From positions 12,338,001-12,402,000 of the forward strand of contig NC_073412.1 of the NCBI RefSeq assembly GCF_028641065.1: a DNA stretch of 64,000 nt, in the 5' to 3' direction. Below the pieces are notes generated by a model, which worked only from the letters and a program-made list of their open reading frames with translations, was not told the origin of the DNA and made no database searches. A program made the position numbers and the translations under genes. The DNA comes from Leucoraja erinacea (Eukaryota). Within the stretch, counting starts at the first letter, position 1. Each line of letters begins with the position of its first letter. Below, one piece after another: positions 12,395 to 25,926 of the stretch.

Positions 12395-14120
12395 AACATA
12401 GAAAATAGGTGCAGGAGGAGGCCATTTGGCCCTTCGAGCCAGCACCGCCATTCATTGTGATCATGGCTGATCGGCCCCAATCGTTCCGTGCCTGCCTTCT
12501 CCCCATATCACTTGATTCCACTAGCCCCTAGAGCTCTATCTAACTCTCTCTTAAATCCATCCAGTGACTTGGCCTCCACTGCCCCCTGTGGCAGGGAATT
12601 CTACGAATTCACAACTCTCTGGGTGAAAAAGCTTTTTCCCACCTCAGTCTTAAATGGCTTCCCCTTTATTCTAAGACTGTGGGCCTTGGTTCGCCCGACA
12701 TTGGGAACAGTTGATAATAGAATTTGGAGAACTGTGTTTTGAGCAGAAAGAAAAAACAGATAAATTATAGAAAATAGGTGCAGGAGTTGGCCATTCGGCC
12801 CTTCGAGCCAGCACCGCCATTCAATGTGATCATGGCTGATAGGGTTCTTAAAGATAGCGGAGTCATGGGGATATGGGGAGAGAGCAGGATCGGGGTACTA
12901 ATTGTGGATGATCAGCCATGATTGCATTGATTGGCGGTGCTGGCTCGAAGGGCCAAATGGCCTACTCCTGCAGCTATGGTATATTGTCTAATGATCATCT
13001 AAAATCAGGACTCCGTTTTGGCTTTTTCCCCATATCTCTTGATTCCGTTAGCCCTAAGAGCTAAATCTAACTCTCTTGAAAACATCTAGTGAATTGGCCT
13101 CCACTGCCTTCTGTGGCAGAGAATTCCACAGATTCACAAGTCTCTAGGTGAAAAAGTTTTTTTCTCATCTCAGTCCTAAATGACCTACCCCCTTATTCTT
13201 AAACTGTGACACCTGGTTCTGGACTGCCCCCAACATCAGGAACATTTTTCCTGCATCTACCCTGTCCAATCCCCTAAGAATTGTATATGTTTCTATAAGA
13301 TATCCTCTCATCCTTCTAAATTCCAGCGAAACCAAGCCCAGTTGACCCATTCTTTCATCACCTGTCAGTTCCGCTATCCCGGGAATTAACCTGGTGAACC
13401 TACGCTGCACTTCTTCAATTGCAATAATGTCCTTCCTCAAATTAGGAGACCAAAATTGTACACAATACTCCAGGTGTGGTGTCATCAGGGCCCTGTACAA
13501 CTGCAGTAGGACCTCTTAGTTCCTAAACTCAAATCCTCTTGCAATGAAGGCCAACATGCCATTAGCTTTCTTCACTGCCAGCTGTACCTGCATGCATAAG
13601 GGCCTGTCCCACTTTGGCATAATTTACGCGACATCATTTACGCGTCACGACGCACGACGTGCGCATCATGCCGCGCATGTGATGCGTGCATGGTGCGCAT
13701 TACGCGCGCATGGTGCATGGTGACGTAGGCAGTGACGCGCTGTCGCGCGCCGTGCCCCGGAATGTTATGATGTACAAAATATTTACGCGCCATCTGCAAG
13801 ATGCGCAAATGACCCCCAAGTGGGACAGGCCCTTAACTTTCAGTGACTGATGTACGAGCACACCCAGGTCTTGTTGCACCTCCCCTTCTCCTAATCTAAC
13901 ACCATTCAGATATTCTGCCTTCCTGTTCTTGACACCAAAGTGGACAACCTCACATTTATCCACATTTATCCTGCATCTGCCATGCTTCTGCCCATTCACC
14001 CAACCTATCAAAGTCACCCTGCAAAGTTACCCTGCAGCCTCATGGCATCCTCCTAGCAGCTCATACTGCCACCCAGCTTTGTGTTTTCCACAAACTTAGA
14101 GATGTTACATTTAATTCCCT
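12395..14120 (-). mobile_element. Cluster of CR1 3' fragments, mostly minus strand, with a nested Harbinger MITE
   Basis: LEYCVQFWSP and RRFTRLIPG on the minus strand; repeated CR1 3' UTR motif gccattcggcccttcgagcc. Confidence 0.88.
13599..13833. mobile_element. PIF/Harbinger-type MITE nested in CR1
   Basis: TIR AGGGCCTGTCCCACTT / AAGTGGGACAGGCCCT; CpG-rich interior. Confidence 0.83.
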
Positions 14121-14444
14121 CGTCTTGTCTAAATTCTTTAAATTCCTAAATACAATCTGACTAATATTGTGGATGTTATCTTCAGAGACTTGGATGTGTC
14201 AATGTAAGTTAGATCTGGTGACCTGATTTCTGTTGTGCATATACACTTTCCATTGATAATGCCGAGGTTGTAGATGAAGATCGCTCCTACTGTAATTATA
14301 GCTACTTGAGCTGAGCATCTTTGATTTTAAGATGTCTTTGAAGTTAGTGAAGCACCATCTGGACTGTTAGCGCAAGTGATTTTCTTCTAATGGAATTAGG
14401 TTCCATCTGACAACTATTGCTGCTATGCAAGTTCTTGTTTTTAC

Positions 14445-14731
14445 TTTAGTTTCGAGATATAATGGGGAAACGGGCACTTTAGCCCATCAAGTCCACGCCG
14501 ACCAGTGATCACCTGTACACCAGTTCTATCCTAGACACTAGGGACAATTTACAAAAGCCAATTAACCTATAAACCTGCTAACCTTTGGAAAGCCAGAGGA
14601 ACATGGATAAAACCCGTGCAGTCATAGGGAGAACGTACAAACTCCGTATAGACAGCACCCGGACGCAGGATCAAACCCGAATCTCTGGCGCTGGAAGGCA
14701 GCAACTCTAACACTGTGCCATTGTGCCACCC
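14445..14731 (-). mobile_element. HE1-like V-SINE
   Basis: Same family. Confidence 0.85.
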
Positions 14732-15004
14732 TCGTTCGTCCAAGTAGTGAATCTAGCCTCCCTGATTGCTCAGCCAGAAAATTGAGTTACAAAGTGTTAT
14801 AGACTAATGTAATTTAACTTGGATGTGGGGAAATATAAATTTGGTTTACCAACAATGGATAATGTCATTTTCTGTTTTTATTGTTTGAATGTTGCCCAAG
14901 TTATTGTTTTAAGATCAACGTTTGAAACTGGAAACCAGCTTTTTGTGTAAGTAAATACATTAATAATTCTTTCAAATACCTACATGGAATTACTTTCCTT
15001 GCAG

Positions 15005-15196
15005 GAGTCCTGTATGGATCGGCAGCTGGGAGCATGGTGTGTCAGATCATTAATTCTCTATTGTTGCTGCCTGTCTCTGTGGCGCGGCCTTTGCTAAGCC
15101 ACCTGCTGGATTTACTACCATCATTGGATCGTTTAAACCGACTTTTACCGGCGGCAGGCTTTTTAGAGGAACAGGAGCTGCAATGGCCACTGCATG
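15005..15196 (+). CDS. HERC1: HERC1 exon (VLYGSAAGSMVCQIINSLLLLP...QELQWPLH)
   Basis: ttcctttgcag acceptor, G|gtaag donor. Confidence 0.95.
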
Positions 15197-15382
15197 GTAA
15201 GAAAGGTACTTTTACACGTGGGCTGTTAATAATCTGCTAACTTAGTATTTTTGCATTATCGGGAAATAATTGAATGTTATTCATTAATAAGTTACTTGAG
15301 TGGGATCAAAATGTAGCATAAAATCTGAGAATGGAATATTTAAAAAGTATATATAATGGTAAACTGTTCAATTTGCAATTAG

Positions 15383-15604
15383 GTAATCCTGAATGTGTTG
15401 ACCCTGAGGATTTGGCCATTCCACACCCTGCCCAGTCTTGGGTCTGGATGGTGGATCTGGAGAGAACGGTTGCACTACTCGTGGGCCGATGTCTTGGTGG
15501 AATGTTGCAGGGTTCACCGACGTCACCAGAGGAACAAGACACGGCTCACTGGTTGAAAACGCCGCTCTTCAGCAATGGATTGGAAATGGATCACTCTCAG
15601 CTAG
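15383..15604 (+). CDS. HERC1: HERC1 exon (NPECVDPEDL...WVWMVDLERTVALL...DHSQL)
   Basis: attag acceptor, G|gtaaaa donor, phase 1-1. Confidence 0.94.
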
Positions 15605-15838
15605 GTAAAAGTAATTTCAACATTCGGTGATTTAGCTCAGAAGTATATTGAAGCGTAACTTTCCTTTTCGTTCCTGATAAAGCTATTTCAGTTGTGGAGA
15701 ACATGCTCACTGTGCTCTACTGTAGTGGCAGCTTGCAGACTGCAATAATAACTTTTTGGAAGCAGATTTTTCCATAGAAAATTGACAATGCTGGAGGCCT
15801 TAAGATGCATTAAGGTGGATAAATCCCTGGGATCTGAT

Positions 15839-16221
15839 GCCCAACGCATCACCGGTTCCTCGCTCCTCTCCATTGAGTCTGTCCAAAGCAAGCGCTGTCT
15901 GCGGAGGGCGCTCAGCATCGCCAAGGACTGCTCTCACCCCAACCATGGACTGTTTACCCTCCTACCATCCGGGAGGCGCTACAGGTCTCTCCGTTGCCGA
16001 ACCAGCAGGTCGAGGAACAGCTTCTTTCCGGCGGCTGTCACTCCACTCAACAACGTACCTCGGTGACTGCCAATCACCACCCCCCCCCCCCCGGACACTT
16101 ATTATTATTTATTCAAATCGTTTGCTATGTCGCTCATCCAGGGAGATGCTAAATGCGTTTTGTTGTCTCTGTACTGTACACTGACAATGACAATTAAAAT
16201 TGAATCTGAATCTGAATCTGA
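15839..16221 (+). mobile_element. Rex1/Babar-like LINE 3' end nested in a CR1 fragment
   Basis: DCSHPNHGLFTLLPSGRRYRSLRCRTSR.RNSFFP; (tgaatc)n tail. Confidence 0.8.
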
Positions 16222-18117
16222 AGTGTATCCTATGACATTATGAGAAGCTAGGGAAGAAATTCCCTGGTCCCTGACAGAGATATTTGTGTCATTGATAGCC
16301 ATGGGTGCGGTACTGCAAGGCTGAAGGGCAGCTAATGTTGTGCCACTACTTAAGAGAGGCTGCAATGAAAAGGCTTGGAACTGGTGAACTTGACGTTATT
16401 GGAGGATAAGTTATTGGAGGGGTTGAGCAAACCACGGGGCCAATCTCCACTTGCATATCTTACTCCCAAATTAACTGTATATTAAATATTAAAAAACACG
16501 AAACTTTATCCTTTAAACTTTACTAATAAATACTAATAAATACTGTACACTCAGCTCCCAGAATCCTTAACCTGAAGGTAAAAATGTAAACCCGGTCCTC
16601 TTCCACCAATCAAAGGCTTCCAGCAGACTCCTTCTCTGGAACGTTGCCGATTTCGGTGTCAGGTACGCCTCCCCTCGTACCAACGGCTCCCTGGGCCTCT
16701 GTGAAAACAAGCCCCGCGATGTATTTTATACTTACAGCACAGGTACTCCTCCCCTCGCACCAACGGCTCCCTGGGCCTCTGTGAAACATGATTTGGAGTT
16801 TATTCAAAACATATGAATTTAAAATGTAAATTAAAATAAACATTTAATTCTATCTATTTATTTATTTATTGAATGACTTTGTAAATATTTGATTAGTGTA
16901 TAAATGTAAATAATTTGGTGTACATATAGCTGCTGGTGTCCATATGGTGTACATGTAGCTGCTAAATTTGTATAAGATAATTATAAGCAGTTGAATAAGG
17001 GGTGGGAATTAATAAGCTTTGGCTTATTAATTCCTTTTCGGACAAACAATTTCATTTATTTATAGATATTTTTTATGACACTTTATAAATATTTTTCTTT
17101 TGTTTTGTATGCTGTTTCACACTTTCTTTTTATTCTTTTATTCTGTTCAAAATAATGAAATTAATTTTTTTTTTAAATTGACATGTTTAGTTAAAGTAAT
17201 CAAAAGAAAAATCTTGTTTGCGGAGTCAGGAACAGATATAATTAATTTCAAAGAAAGAAGCGTCAGTTAGAATAGAAAAGGTTTCATAACTAAATAATCA
17301 TGGGGTTATGAGGCTAGGGGAATGGATAAAGGCTTATGGGAGAAGGCAGGAAATTGTGATTAAGAGGCAGAGATCAGCCATGAGTGAATGGCGGAGTAGA
17401 CTCCATGGGCCGAATGGCCTAATTCTACTCTTGTAACTATCTTTCTGGGGAATATGACATGGTCACCTGAGCTGTGAATTCTGAGATTCTAAGAAATGTT
17501 GAATGATTGTGAGTGAAGGATGACTATTAGTTATTGCATGTAGTTATTTAAGATTGTATTCTTATCAATATAATGAATGTAAAAATTAAAGTGTTGGAAC
17601 AAAATAGATTCATTATGTACATTGGGCATCCAACCTGTTTAGTTCTTGCATTATATTCACTATTGTAGTTAGAAGGTCCAGCACAAATTATTCTAAGCAT
17701 TAAATATTTTTACCAACAATAAGATTTATCCCCATATTATTGCCTCTACATACCAAGCTTGATTTACCATGTGAAATAGATTTAGTCATATCAAAAGTAT
17801 TAAGACACCAGTTGGTCCTGATATCAAAGTTTAGTTCACAGATACAGCATCGAAAAAGGCCCTCTGGTCCACGAGCCCACATTAACCATCCATCACCCGT
17901 TCACACTAGTCTATGTTATCCTCTCTGCCATGAGAGGCAATTTAAAGAGACTAATTGATTTACTGTCCTGCACTTCTTTGGGATGTTGGAGAAAACCAAA
18001 GCACTGGCAGGAAACCCATTTGGTCACCGGGAGAATGTGCAATCTCCACACAAACAGCACTGAAGATCAGGATCACACTCTTTCTTAAATTGGATTATGT
18101 ACCACTTGTACACCTTA

Positions 18118-18635
18118 TCATATGCCTATTAACATCTGATCTTGGATATGTGTGTGTGTTTGTTCGTGTGTGTGGGTGTGTGTTTGTTCGTGTGTGTATT
18201 TGTTGTATGTGTGTATAATCACATCTTCTCGAAAAAAAAACACACGCTAACGATTAAATTTTTACATATTTCGCTAGAGATTTTACCCCTGAATCTGAAA
18301 TCGCTGCATCTGAAAAATTAATGCTTTATTCCTCCCAATTATTAATGAAAATTTTCAAGAATCTGAAAAGAATTTGGGGGAAAAAACCCACTGTCTTCTT
18401 GCTCGCGCTGCAAGTGACGTAAACCCCCCCTCACGTGGGGGCAACGGGTAGGGGACTGGTGCATTGGGGGGAGCATGCAGCCGGGAGCGGGGGAGCATTG
18501 CATTCTGGAACCAGCCCTACCCTATGACGACCCACCCCCGCCGCTCCCTCTCTGCCCTCCTGCCTCCCGTGGTGGCTACAGGTGGGGGACGGCTGCGTTG
18601 GGGGAGCAGACACAACGGGTTTGCACTTGGTCTAG
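18118..18635 (+). mobile_element. Probable non-autonomous Helitron
   Basis: A|TC start, GT-rich microsatellite near the 5' end, GC-rich body, CTAG|T end; no TIR or TSD seen. Confidence 0.45.
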
Positions 18636-18727
18636 TTTAATCTATAAATTTTGGAAGGATTTTAAATGCAGATTTGAAAGTCTAGCTTATTGTACAACTG
18701 GTAAGATAAAGTTATTTGTTTGTACAG

Positions 18728-18901
18728 ATAAATGCATGAGCTCTCTGCTAGAAGTTGCACTGTCTGGAAATGAAGAACAGAAACCTTTTGAATATAGCCT
18801 TGGAGCAGAGAACGTAATGCTTGTTGATCTGGCTTTGGGCTCCAGCAAAGAACCTGTCAATGCTCTGTGGCTCAAAATGCAGGACTATGCGGTCACCAAA
18901 G
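18728..18901 (+). CDS. HERC1: HERC1 exon (KCMSSLLEVALSGNEEQKPF...MQDYAVTK)
   Basis: tttgtacag acceptor, G|gtatgt donor. Confidence 0.95.
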
Positions 18902-20090
18902 GTATGTGAAGTGGTTTAAAACTTTAGCTATGTGTATTTGTCTAATTATATCCATATGCACTACACACACTTTGAGAAATAATAACATGTTCAATAGCAA
19001 TTTTCTCTTAAAAAAATATTCCGCAATAGTTCACACACAAGGATGACCGAAACCAAGATTGAAAACAAATTTCAGTATCATTTTAAATATGCAAAGAGAT
19101 ATAGGTTATTGAGGTGACAATGGCTAGAGTTGGAATTCTATGAAAGGGGGCTAAGATAATTGAAGGTTCTATCCATCGATAGGTGGGTTGAATTATCAGG
19201 AGTGTGATCTGAGGAACAGCAAATGTAGACAAAGAATTTGAAGCTTTTTGAGATTATAGAGATAAGGAACCCACTCTGGAATCCTACTCTATTTTAAATT
19301 CATACTTTGTCAACAAGGGAACAAATAAATAAGGCACATATTAAAGTTTTAATGAATTGCAACTTGTGGGGTTAGCAAGAAAGGTTTGGGAGACCAGCAA
19401 GTTGTGCTCTGGGCAATTCTGCTGATAACATAGATAAGGGACTTGAAAGCAGCGATGCTGCACTGAGATGATAGATGGGTGTGGTGGTGATAGAACAGGA
19501 GATGAAGCTCTGTTTAAGATAAAAATGGTGGAAACTGTTGAATTACCATTCAACAGTAACTATTTGGACAATAAAACCATTGCAGCAACAAGGTCCTGGA
19601 GCTTTACAAGATACAAGATACAAGATACAATTTAATTGTCATTTGGACCCCTTGAGGTCCAAACGAAATGCCGTTTCTGCAGCCATACATTACAAACAAA
19701 TAGACCCAAGACACAACATAATTTACATAAACATCCATCACATTGCTGTGATGGAAGGCCAAAAAAACTTAACTGAGCAGGTTAGTTTGACTTGTGAGTG
19801 TTCAGTTAAAGAAAGTGCTATCTCATCTAGGTTTTGGAGTTAAAGCAAAATATTTATTTATTTACGGGATAAGCGCATTCTGGGAACATCTGACATTGAA
19901 GTCGTGATCTGCTGGGAAACTGGAAATGCGTCAATCATCTGGATCGCACTTTGTATTAACATTAAACAAAAGATATTCCATTCCACGGTAGGAGCGTTAA
20001 CACTTAAAAACACAGGTTTCCCAGGCTAATCTGAAATGTATGCGAATTACTTACCAATAGATTTATTGACGTTATAAATATATTTTCCAG

Positions 20091-20205
20091 ATTGGGATAG
20101 TGCTGTACTTGGCAACGAGACCTTGTTGGATACAGCTTCAAGATTTGTCCTTGCAGCTCTTTTGAAGCACACTAGTTTACTCAATCAAGTATGTGGGGAG
20201 AGCAG
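20091..20205 (+). CDS. HERC1: HERC1 exon (WDSAVLGNETLLDTASRFVLAALLKHT...CGES)
   Basis: ttttccag acceptor, AG|gtaaa donor. Confidence 0.95.
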
Positions 20206-21104
20206 GTAAATAAAATGAGATGTTTTCATTTGTTAATAAACCAGATTTGGTAGGACTGTTCTTTTTTTGAGTATAATTTCCAATTTAACAAGTCATTTGC
20301 GTCAACACAATGAGGGGAATGGGTTTGGATGACATATTATATTAAAAAAATCTTTAATAATTGCACACAGTAGAGACCAAGTACATCATTCACGTCAAAC
20401 TGGTTTACAGAGTGAAGAACAATCGGGACAGGATGGTGAACAAGAAGCAAGGTGAAAGAGAAGGGGTTTATGCATACACTCTAAGGAATAGGAGTAGAAT
20501 TAGACCATTCGCCCCATCAAATCTACTCTGCCATTTAATCATGGCTGACCCATCTCTCCCTCCGAACCCCATTCTCCTGCCTTCTCCCCATAACGTCTGA
20601 CACCCGTACTAATCAAGAATCTATCTATCTCTACCTTAAAAATATCCACTAACTTGGCCTCCACAGCCTTCTGTGGCAAGGAATTCCACCGATTCACCAC
20701 TCTGACAAGAAATGTCTTCTCATCTCCTTCCTAAAAGAACGAACGTCCTATAATTCTGAGGCTATGACCTCGAGTTCTAGACTCTCCAACTAGTGGAAGC
20801 ATCCACTCTATCCAAGCCTTTCACTATGTTTCAATGAGGTCCCCACTCAGATGAGTATAACAGCAGTGTCTCTTTGTCTCTGTCTCACTCAGTGCCAGTC
20901 CTTCCTGTCCTGCCTGCTTGCCTTTCTCTCTCACTCGCTCTTTCTCACTCACTTTTTCTCTCTCTACTGTTGTCATATCTACCCACTCACGCGCCCCCTG
21001 CCAGTTCTTCCCTTCTCTCTCTTTCTGCCAGCTGCCTACGTCTCCATTCGCTACCTTATTCCCATTTCTCTGCCCGCTTCTCTGCCCACTCCCCAACCCC
21101 ACAA

Positions 21105-21970
21105 ATATACTATACAATACAATTTATTTGTCACTTGAACCACATAGAGGCTCAAATGGGATGTTGTTTCTGCAGTCATACACACAAGAAAAAAAGACCC
21201 AAGACACAACACAATTTACACAGACATCCATCACAGCGCATCTCCTCCTCGCTGCGATGGAACGCAAAATAACTTATCTCTCCCCTGCACTCCCCATTCC
21301 CCTCCCGATGTCAGAGTCAAAGCCCCCGGCGGGCGATGGCAATTGTCCCGCGGCCATGAGCGCCGTGCCGGGCGATGCAAGGCCGCGCTCCGGGTCTTGT
21401 TAGAGCCCCCGGCGGGCGCTAGCAAAGTCCCGCAGCCGTTGAAGCCACGCCGGGCGATGTTAGGCCCCGCTCCAGGCACTCCTCGACCCCGCGACTCGGG
21501 CGGGAGAAGTCGCAGTTGCGGAAGCCCCGAAAAGCGGTCTCCCAGCAGCGACCCGTCCACCGGACCTGCGGTTCCGATATTAGGGTCGGGTCGCAGCACG
21601 CGCGGTAAGCACAGCTCCAATCTCCGAAGGGCCAGCTCCGTGAGCAGTGCGTAGGTCCACAGCTCCGCACTGGAGCCCGAACTTGTTCCTGCTGGAGGCC
21701 GCTCCACGTTGCACCCACACACAACACAGACCCGACAGGGAAAACAGGTTCACCGTGCACACAGNNNNNNNNNNNNNNNNNNNNNNNNNNNNNNNNNNNN
21801 NNNNNNNNNNNNNNNNNNNNNNNNNNNNNNNNNNNNNNNNNNNNNNNNNNNNNNNNNNNNNNNNNNNNNNNNNNNNNNNNNNNNNNNNNNNNNNNNNNNN
21901 NNNNNNNNNNCAAAAAGACAGACGGACTGCAGAGGCCGCTGTGACGTGAGTAGCGCCGCCCACCGGTTGG
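21105..21970 (-). mobile_element. GC-rich non-autonomous retroelement (contains assembly gap)
   Basis: Near-identical block with 30000-30316; (ttgta)n-type tail. Confidence 0.7.
21765..21910. other. Assembly gap (146 N)
   Basis: Run of n. Confidence 1.
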
Positions 21971-22074
21971 AGGATAGCTTGCTACCATTGCAGTAAAGAA
22001 CTATTTATGGATGGTTTTATACAAACTGTTTTGGCTTTGAGGTCTTAACCTAAGGTTTCTTCAGCTATAACCAA

Positions 22075-22985
22075 GCAATTTGACCCATCAAGCCTACTCT
22101 GCCATTCATAGAGACATAGATGCATAGACAATAGGTGCAGGAGTAGGCCATTTGGCCCTTCGAGCCAGCACCGCCATTCAATATCATCATGGCTGATATC
22201 CAGAATCAGTACCCCATTCCTGCCTTCTCCCCATACCACTTGATTCCTCTAGCCCTAGGAGCTCTAACTATTTATATTCCTTTCCGTTGTTTAATTCTGA
22301 GGCTATGATCTCTGGTCCGAGACTCCTCCACTAGTGGAAACATCCTCTCCACTCATTTCTGGGATCATACTTGTACGCATCCTCTGGACCCTCTCCAGAG
22401 CCAGCACATCCTTCCTCAGATATGGGGTCCAAAATTGCTCACAATACTCCAAACATGGCCTTATAGAGCCTCAGCATTACATCCCAGTTTTTGTATTCTA
22501 TCCCTCTTGACATGAATGCTCGCATTGTGCTTGCCTTCCTTACTTCCGATCCAACTTGCAAATTAACTTTTTGGGAATTCTGCACCAGCACTCCCTTTGC
22601 ACGTACGCCTTTAATCCTACTATCAAAATGCATGACTTCACACTCTGCTACGCTGTATTCCAACTGCCACTTCTCTCTGCCCACTCTCCTAACCTGTCCC
22701 AAGTCCTTCTGCAAAGTCCCTCCTTTCTCTACACTACCTGCCCCACCACCTATCTTCATATCATCTGCAAACTTGGCCACAAAGCCTTCAATCCCCCTCA
22801 TCCAAATCATTAACATACAAGGTGAAGATTAGCGGCCATAGCACCGACACCTGCGGAACTCCACTAGTCACTGAACCAGAAAAGACCCCCTTTATTGCCA
22901 CTCTTTGCATTCGACCATTCAATCAACCTGCAATCCATGCTACCATCTCCCCTTTGATACCATGAGCTTTCATCTTCCGCAGCCT
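22075..22985 (-). mobile_element. CR1 LINE fragment (RT C-terminus + 3' UTR)
   Basis: KFADDMKIGG on the minus strand; CR1 3' UTR. Confidence 0.85.
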
Positions 22986-23670
22986 CTCGGAGGGGAAATA
23001 AATAAAGAAAATTGATAATTAGAAAAGGGCTAGGATGTGCAAAAGGTTAACAATGACTGATTTCTGCCAGTGGATGAGAGCAGAATTCTCCAGCTAGGAT
23101 AGAGAGCATGGGTATAAATATCGATGTTGGTGCTTGCTTTACTTTATAGTTATAAATGGGGAGGTCTTGCCAGATCTTTACTTTTGGATGATCCATTCAA
23201 TTTCCATTAAGTAATGCCAAATGTGTAAATGACTTTATATTCTTGCCATCCAAGACTCCTATGATTTAATTTTCAGAGTGGCAACTTTCTATCATGCATC
23301 CTCCCACAGTTCTTATGTCAGCTGTTGTAGGGTATATATGGCAGGAGTCTTTACTAAAACAATTAGCTCATGGTAGTTCCTGTTAACCAGCAGTTTTAAC
23401 AGCAGCTGACACATTCCATATGTACTGCTTCCTCATCAACCATGAGACTTTCCAGCTGGACTGAACGTCGTCAGGCTTCTTCATATCAGCTTTGCAAATA
23501 CCATTGGCACAATGGCGGATTAGGCTGAAAGACTGTATTGTCGCAATATGTCCTCTGTACATTTGTAAATCTTTGTTTTTGTGAAATAAATTATCTGAAT
23601 CTTGTTCCAATAGACATTTATGTTTAGCACCATTTTTAGTCACCTAATTTTTTTCAATCTTTTACCTTAG

Positions 23671-23791
23671 ATACCAACCTAGTAAAGCACTTGCAGAAAT
23701 ATATCGTTGCGTTTACAAGGTCCGTAACAGATTACTAGCATGTAAAAACATGGAGCTTATCCAGACACAGTCACCTTCCAATGAAAGGAGG
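23671..23791 (+). CDS. HERC1: HERC1 exon (YQPSKALAEIYRCVYKVRNRLLACKN...ERR)
   Basis: ttaccttag acceptor, AGG|gtaagt donor. Confidence 0.95.
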
Positions 23792-24840
23792 GTAAGTTCA
23801 TGTAAAAAGATTTTAAATGCATCAGTGTTTTGTTATTGGAACACCCTTCCAGGTAGCTTTGAGTGGAATAGTTTGTACATTCGACAGTGGAAGCTTACAC
23901 CACATCAAGAAAGTATTTGATCTTTCTTGCTTATGACAGCTCATCACAACAGGAATTCGAAACTGATCCCACTGCCCTGCCATTACTCCATTGCCTTACC
24001 TTTGTTTTCATACATTTCATAGCCCTTTTAAATGGTTTTGAATGATTTTTTTCCTCTTAATTCTTATCCCCTCTTCTCATTCATTTTTCTGATTTTCTCA
24101 GTTACTATCTCCTTTTGAAAAAACGTTTGCCTAACCACCCATCAACTAGACCTTCATAGCATGCTTTTGTCATTTAATTTAATCTAAGCTTTCTGCTTCT
24201 CCAGATATTTGTAATATTCCTGCTTCCCATTAAGCTTAATGTCACTCAACTACCATATTCATTTAAACATGCCCCATGTGCTTTGTTTTATAAAATATAT
24301 CACCAACTTTGTTTCTGTTTAGTGGCATCTTTGTGTTTGAAAATTGTTACACGATGGAAAGCCATTGTTATGGGAAATTATCTATCTGTGGTGGGGACTG
24401 GCAGGAGTCCAGCCAAAAACTAGTGGGACACAAGTTGTGTGCTCTAGACGTGTTTATTCTTCTGCATACAGCTCCCTACTCCTCAGCTGGCACGGGCATT
24501 GCCCAGCCTTAAATAACAACTCAGATACCGACCCCGTGACTCGTGCCTCCCCCACCAAGAAGCCGTCCTCTAGAGCCGATGGTTCGTCGTGACCTTGGGT
24601 TGCTATCAGGTGCCGCCACATATCTCTCTTGTGGTTGCAATGTGTTGGAAACTTTCCAGCATGCTTTTTATGATTGGCTCCATTCAACTCAGATTTTTAG
24701 CATAGAAGAACAGCTTTCAGCTAAGTCTATTCAAATAAATCTTTGCATGATGTAAAAATATTTTTAATGAAAGTATCGTTGAGCTTTAAAATGGACAATA
24801 GGAAAAGTATCACTAAAGTAAGTGTTCCTTCTCTTTCAAG

Positions 24841-25012
24841 TTGTCGGAGAATAAAGAGTCAACAGATGCTGACCTTCAGGAGCAATCTTTCACTCGCACC
24901 ATTGATGAAGAAGCTGAGATGGAAGAGCAAGCAGATCGGGATCGTGAAGATGAGCACCAGGGACAAGAGGAGGAAGAGGAAGAAAGGGAACAAGAGGTCA
25001 TGACTGCCGGAA
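24841..25012 (+). CDS. HERC1: HERC1 exon (LSENKES...SFTRTIDEEAEMEEQA...VMTAG)
   Basis: ctttcaag acceptor, A|gtaag donor; acidic segment. Confidence 0.95.
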
Positions 25013-25926
25013 GTAAGAAAGTCCTCCCTGAAATTAATCCTTAAGTCTCATTTAAGGATTGCCATTGCTTACTTGAATGTATTATTGCTATGCTGTGATA
25101 ATCTATATGGTAGGCACCCTCTGGTTTAAGCCTTGTATCAGAGTGATTAATTAATTGTATTAATTAATTGTCTTAAATCGTATGAAATACTTGATCAATC
25201 CAGCACTAGTTGTAGAAAATGGCATTTCGTCTTGCAGGCTGGATGGAAATAGCATGATAAAATGCTAACAACTATATGTTTATGCACTGAATTATTTAAT
25301 TCCCAACAGCCAAAGTCAAAGACTATCACCAAACAAAGTGAGGAGGAAGGTGACCGAGAGCAATTCTCTCGGGTTTAGACTAGCAGATGTGCATGATTAA
25401 TTGCTAGGTAAATCCTATAGGAAAAACTTCCTAAAGCAAATATTCAAAGTTTGAATCTAATCAGTGCAGAGGATCTTCACTGATGGTTATTCCACCAACT
25501 GGTACTGCTTGGTATGTGAAATAAATTTTAATAAAATGATTATTTGTCTTATAATGTTTATTTTATTGGTGAAATGGGTGGATTCTCCCTGTAGTGAGGC
25601 CTACTTTCGTTTTGGGCTAGTATTCTTTAGACTTTTCAGTTTAAAGCCTCGCGTTTGGACTTTAGCAGAGAATGAATCTCCCTGTTTATCCAAGTGTTCT
25701 GGCTCTGATAACTGCAGAGACTTGATGGATGCAAGATGACATTGGAATGGAACGACTCTTTGCCGGCTGGTCCCAGAGGAGGATCCACTATTATCCACTA
25801 CTATCATTTCACTCTTCTTCGTTTACATGTGTATGGTTTAATTGTACTCATGTACACTATGATTGACTGGATAACATGCAGAACATGCAGTTTTTCCTGT
25901 GTATCTCAGTACACGTAATCATAATA

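Noticed and set aside
20824-21996. Several ORFs over 100 aa
   Set aside because: Low-complexity or GC-rich repeat sequence and read-through of the N gap.
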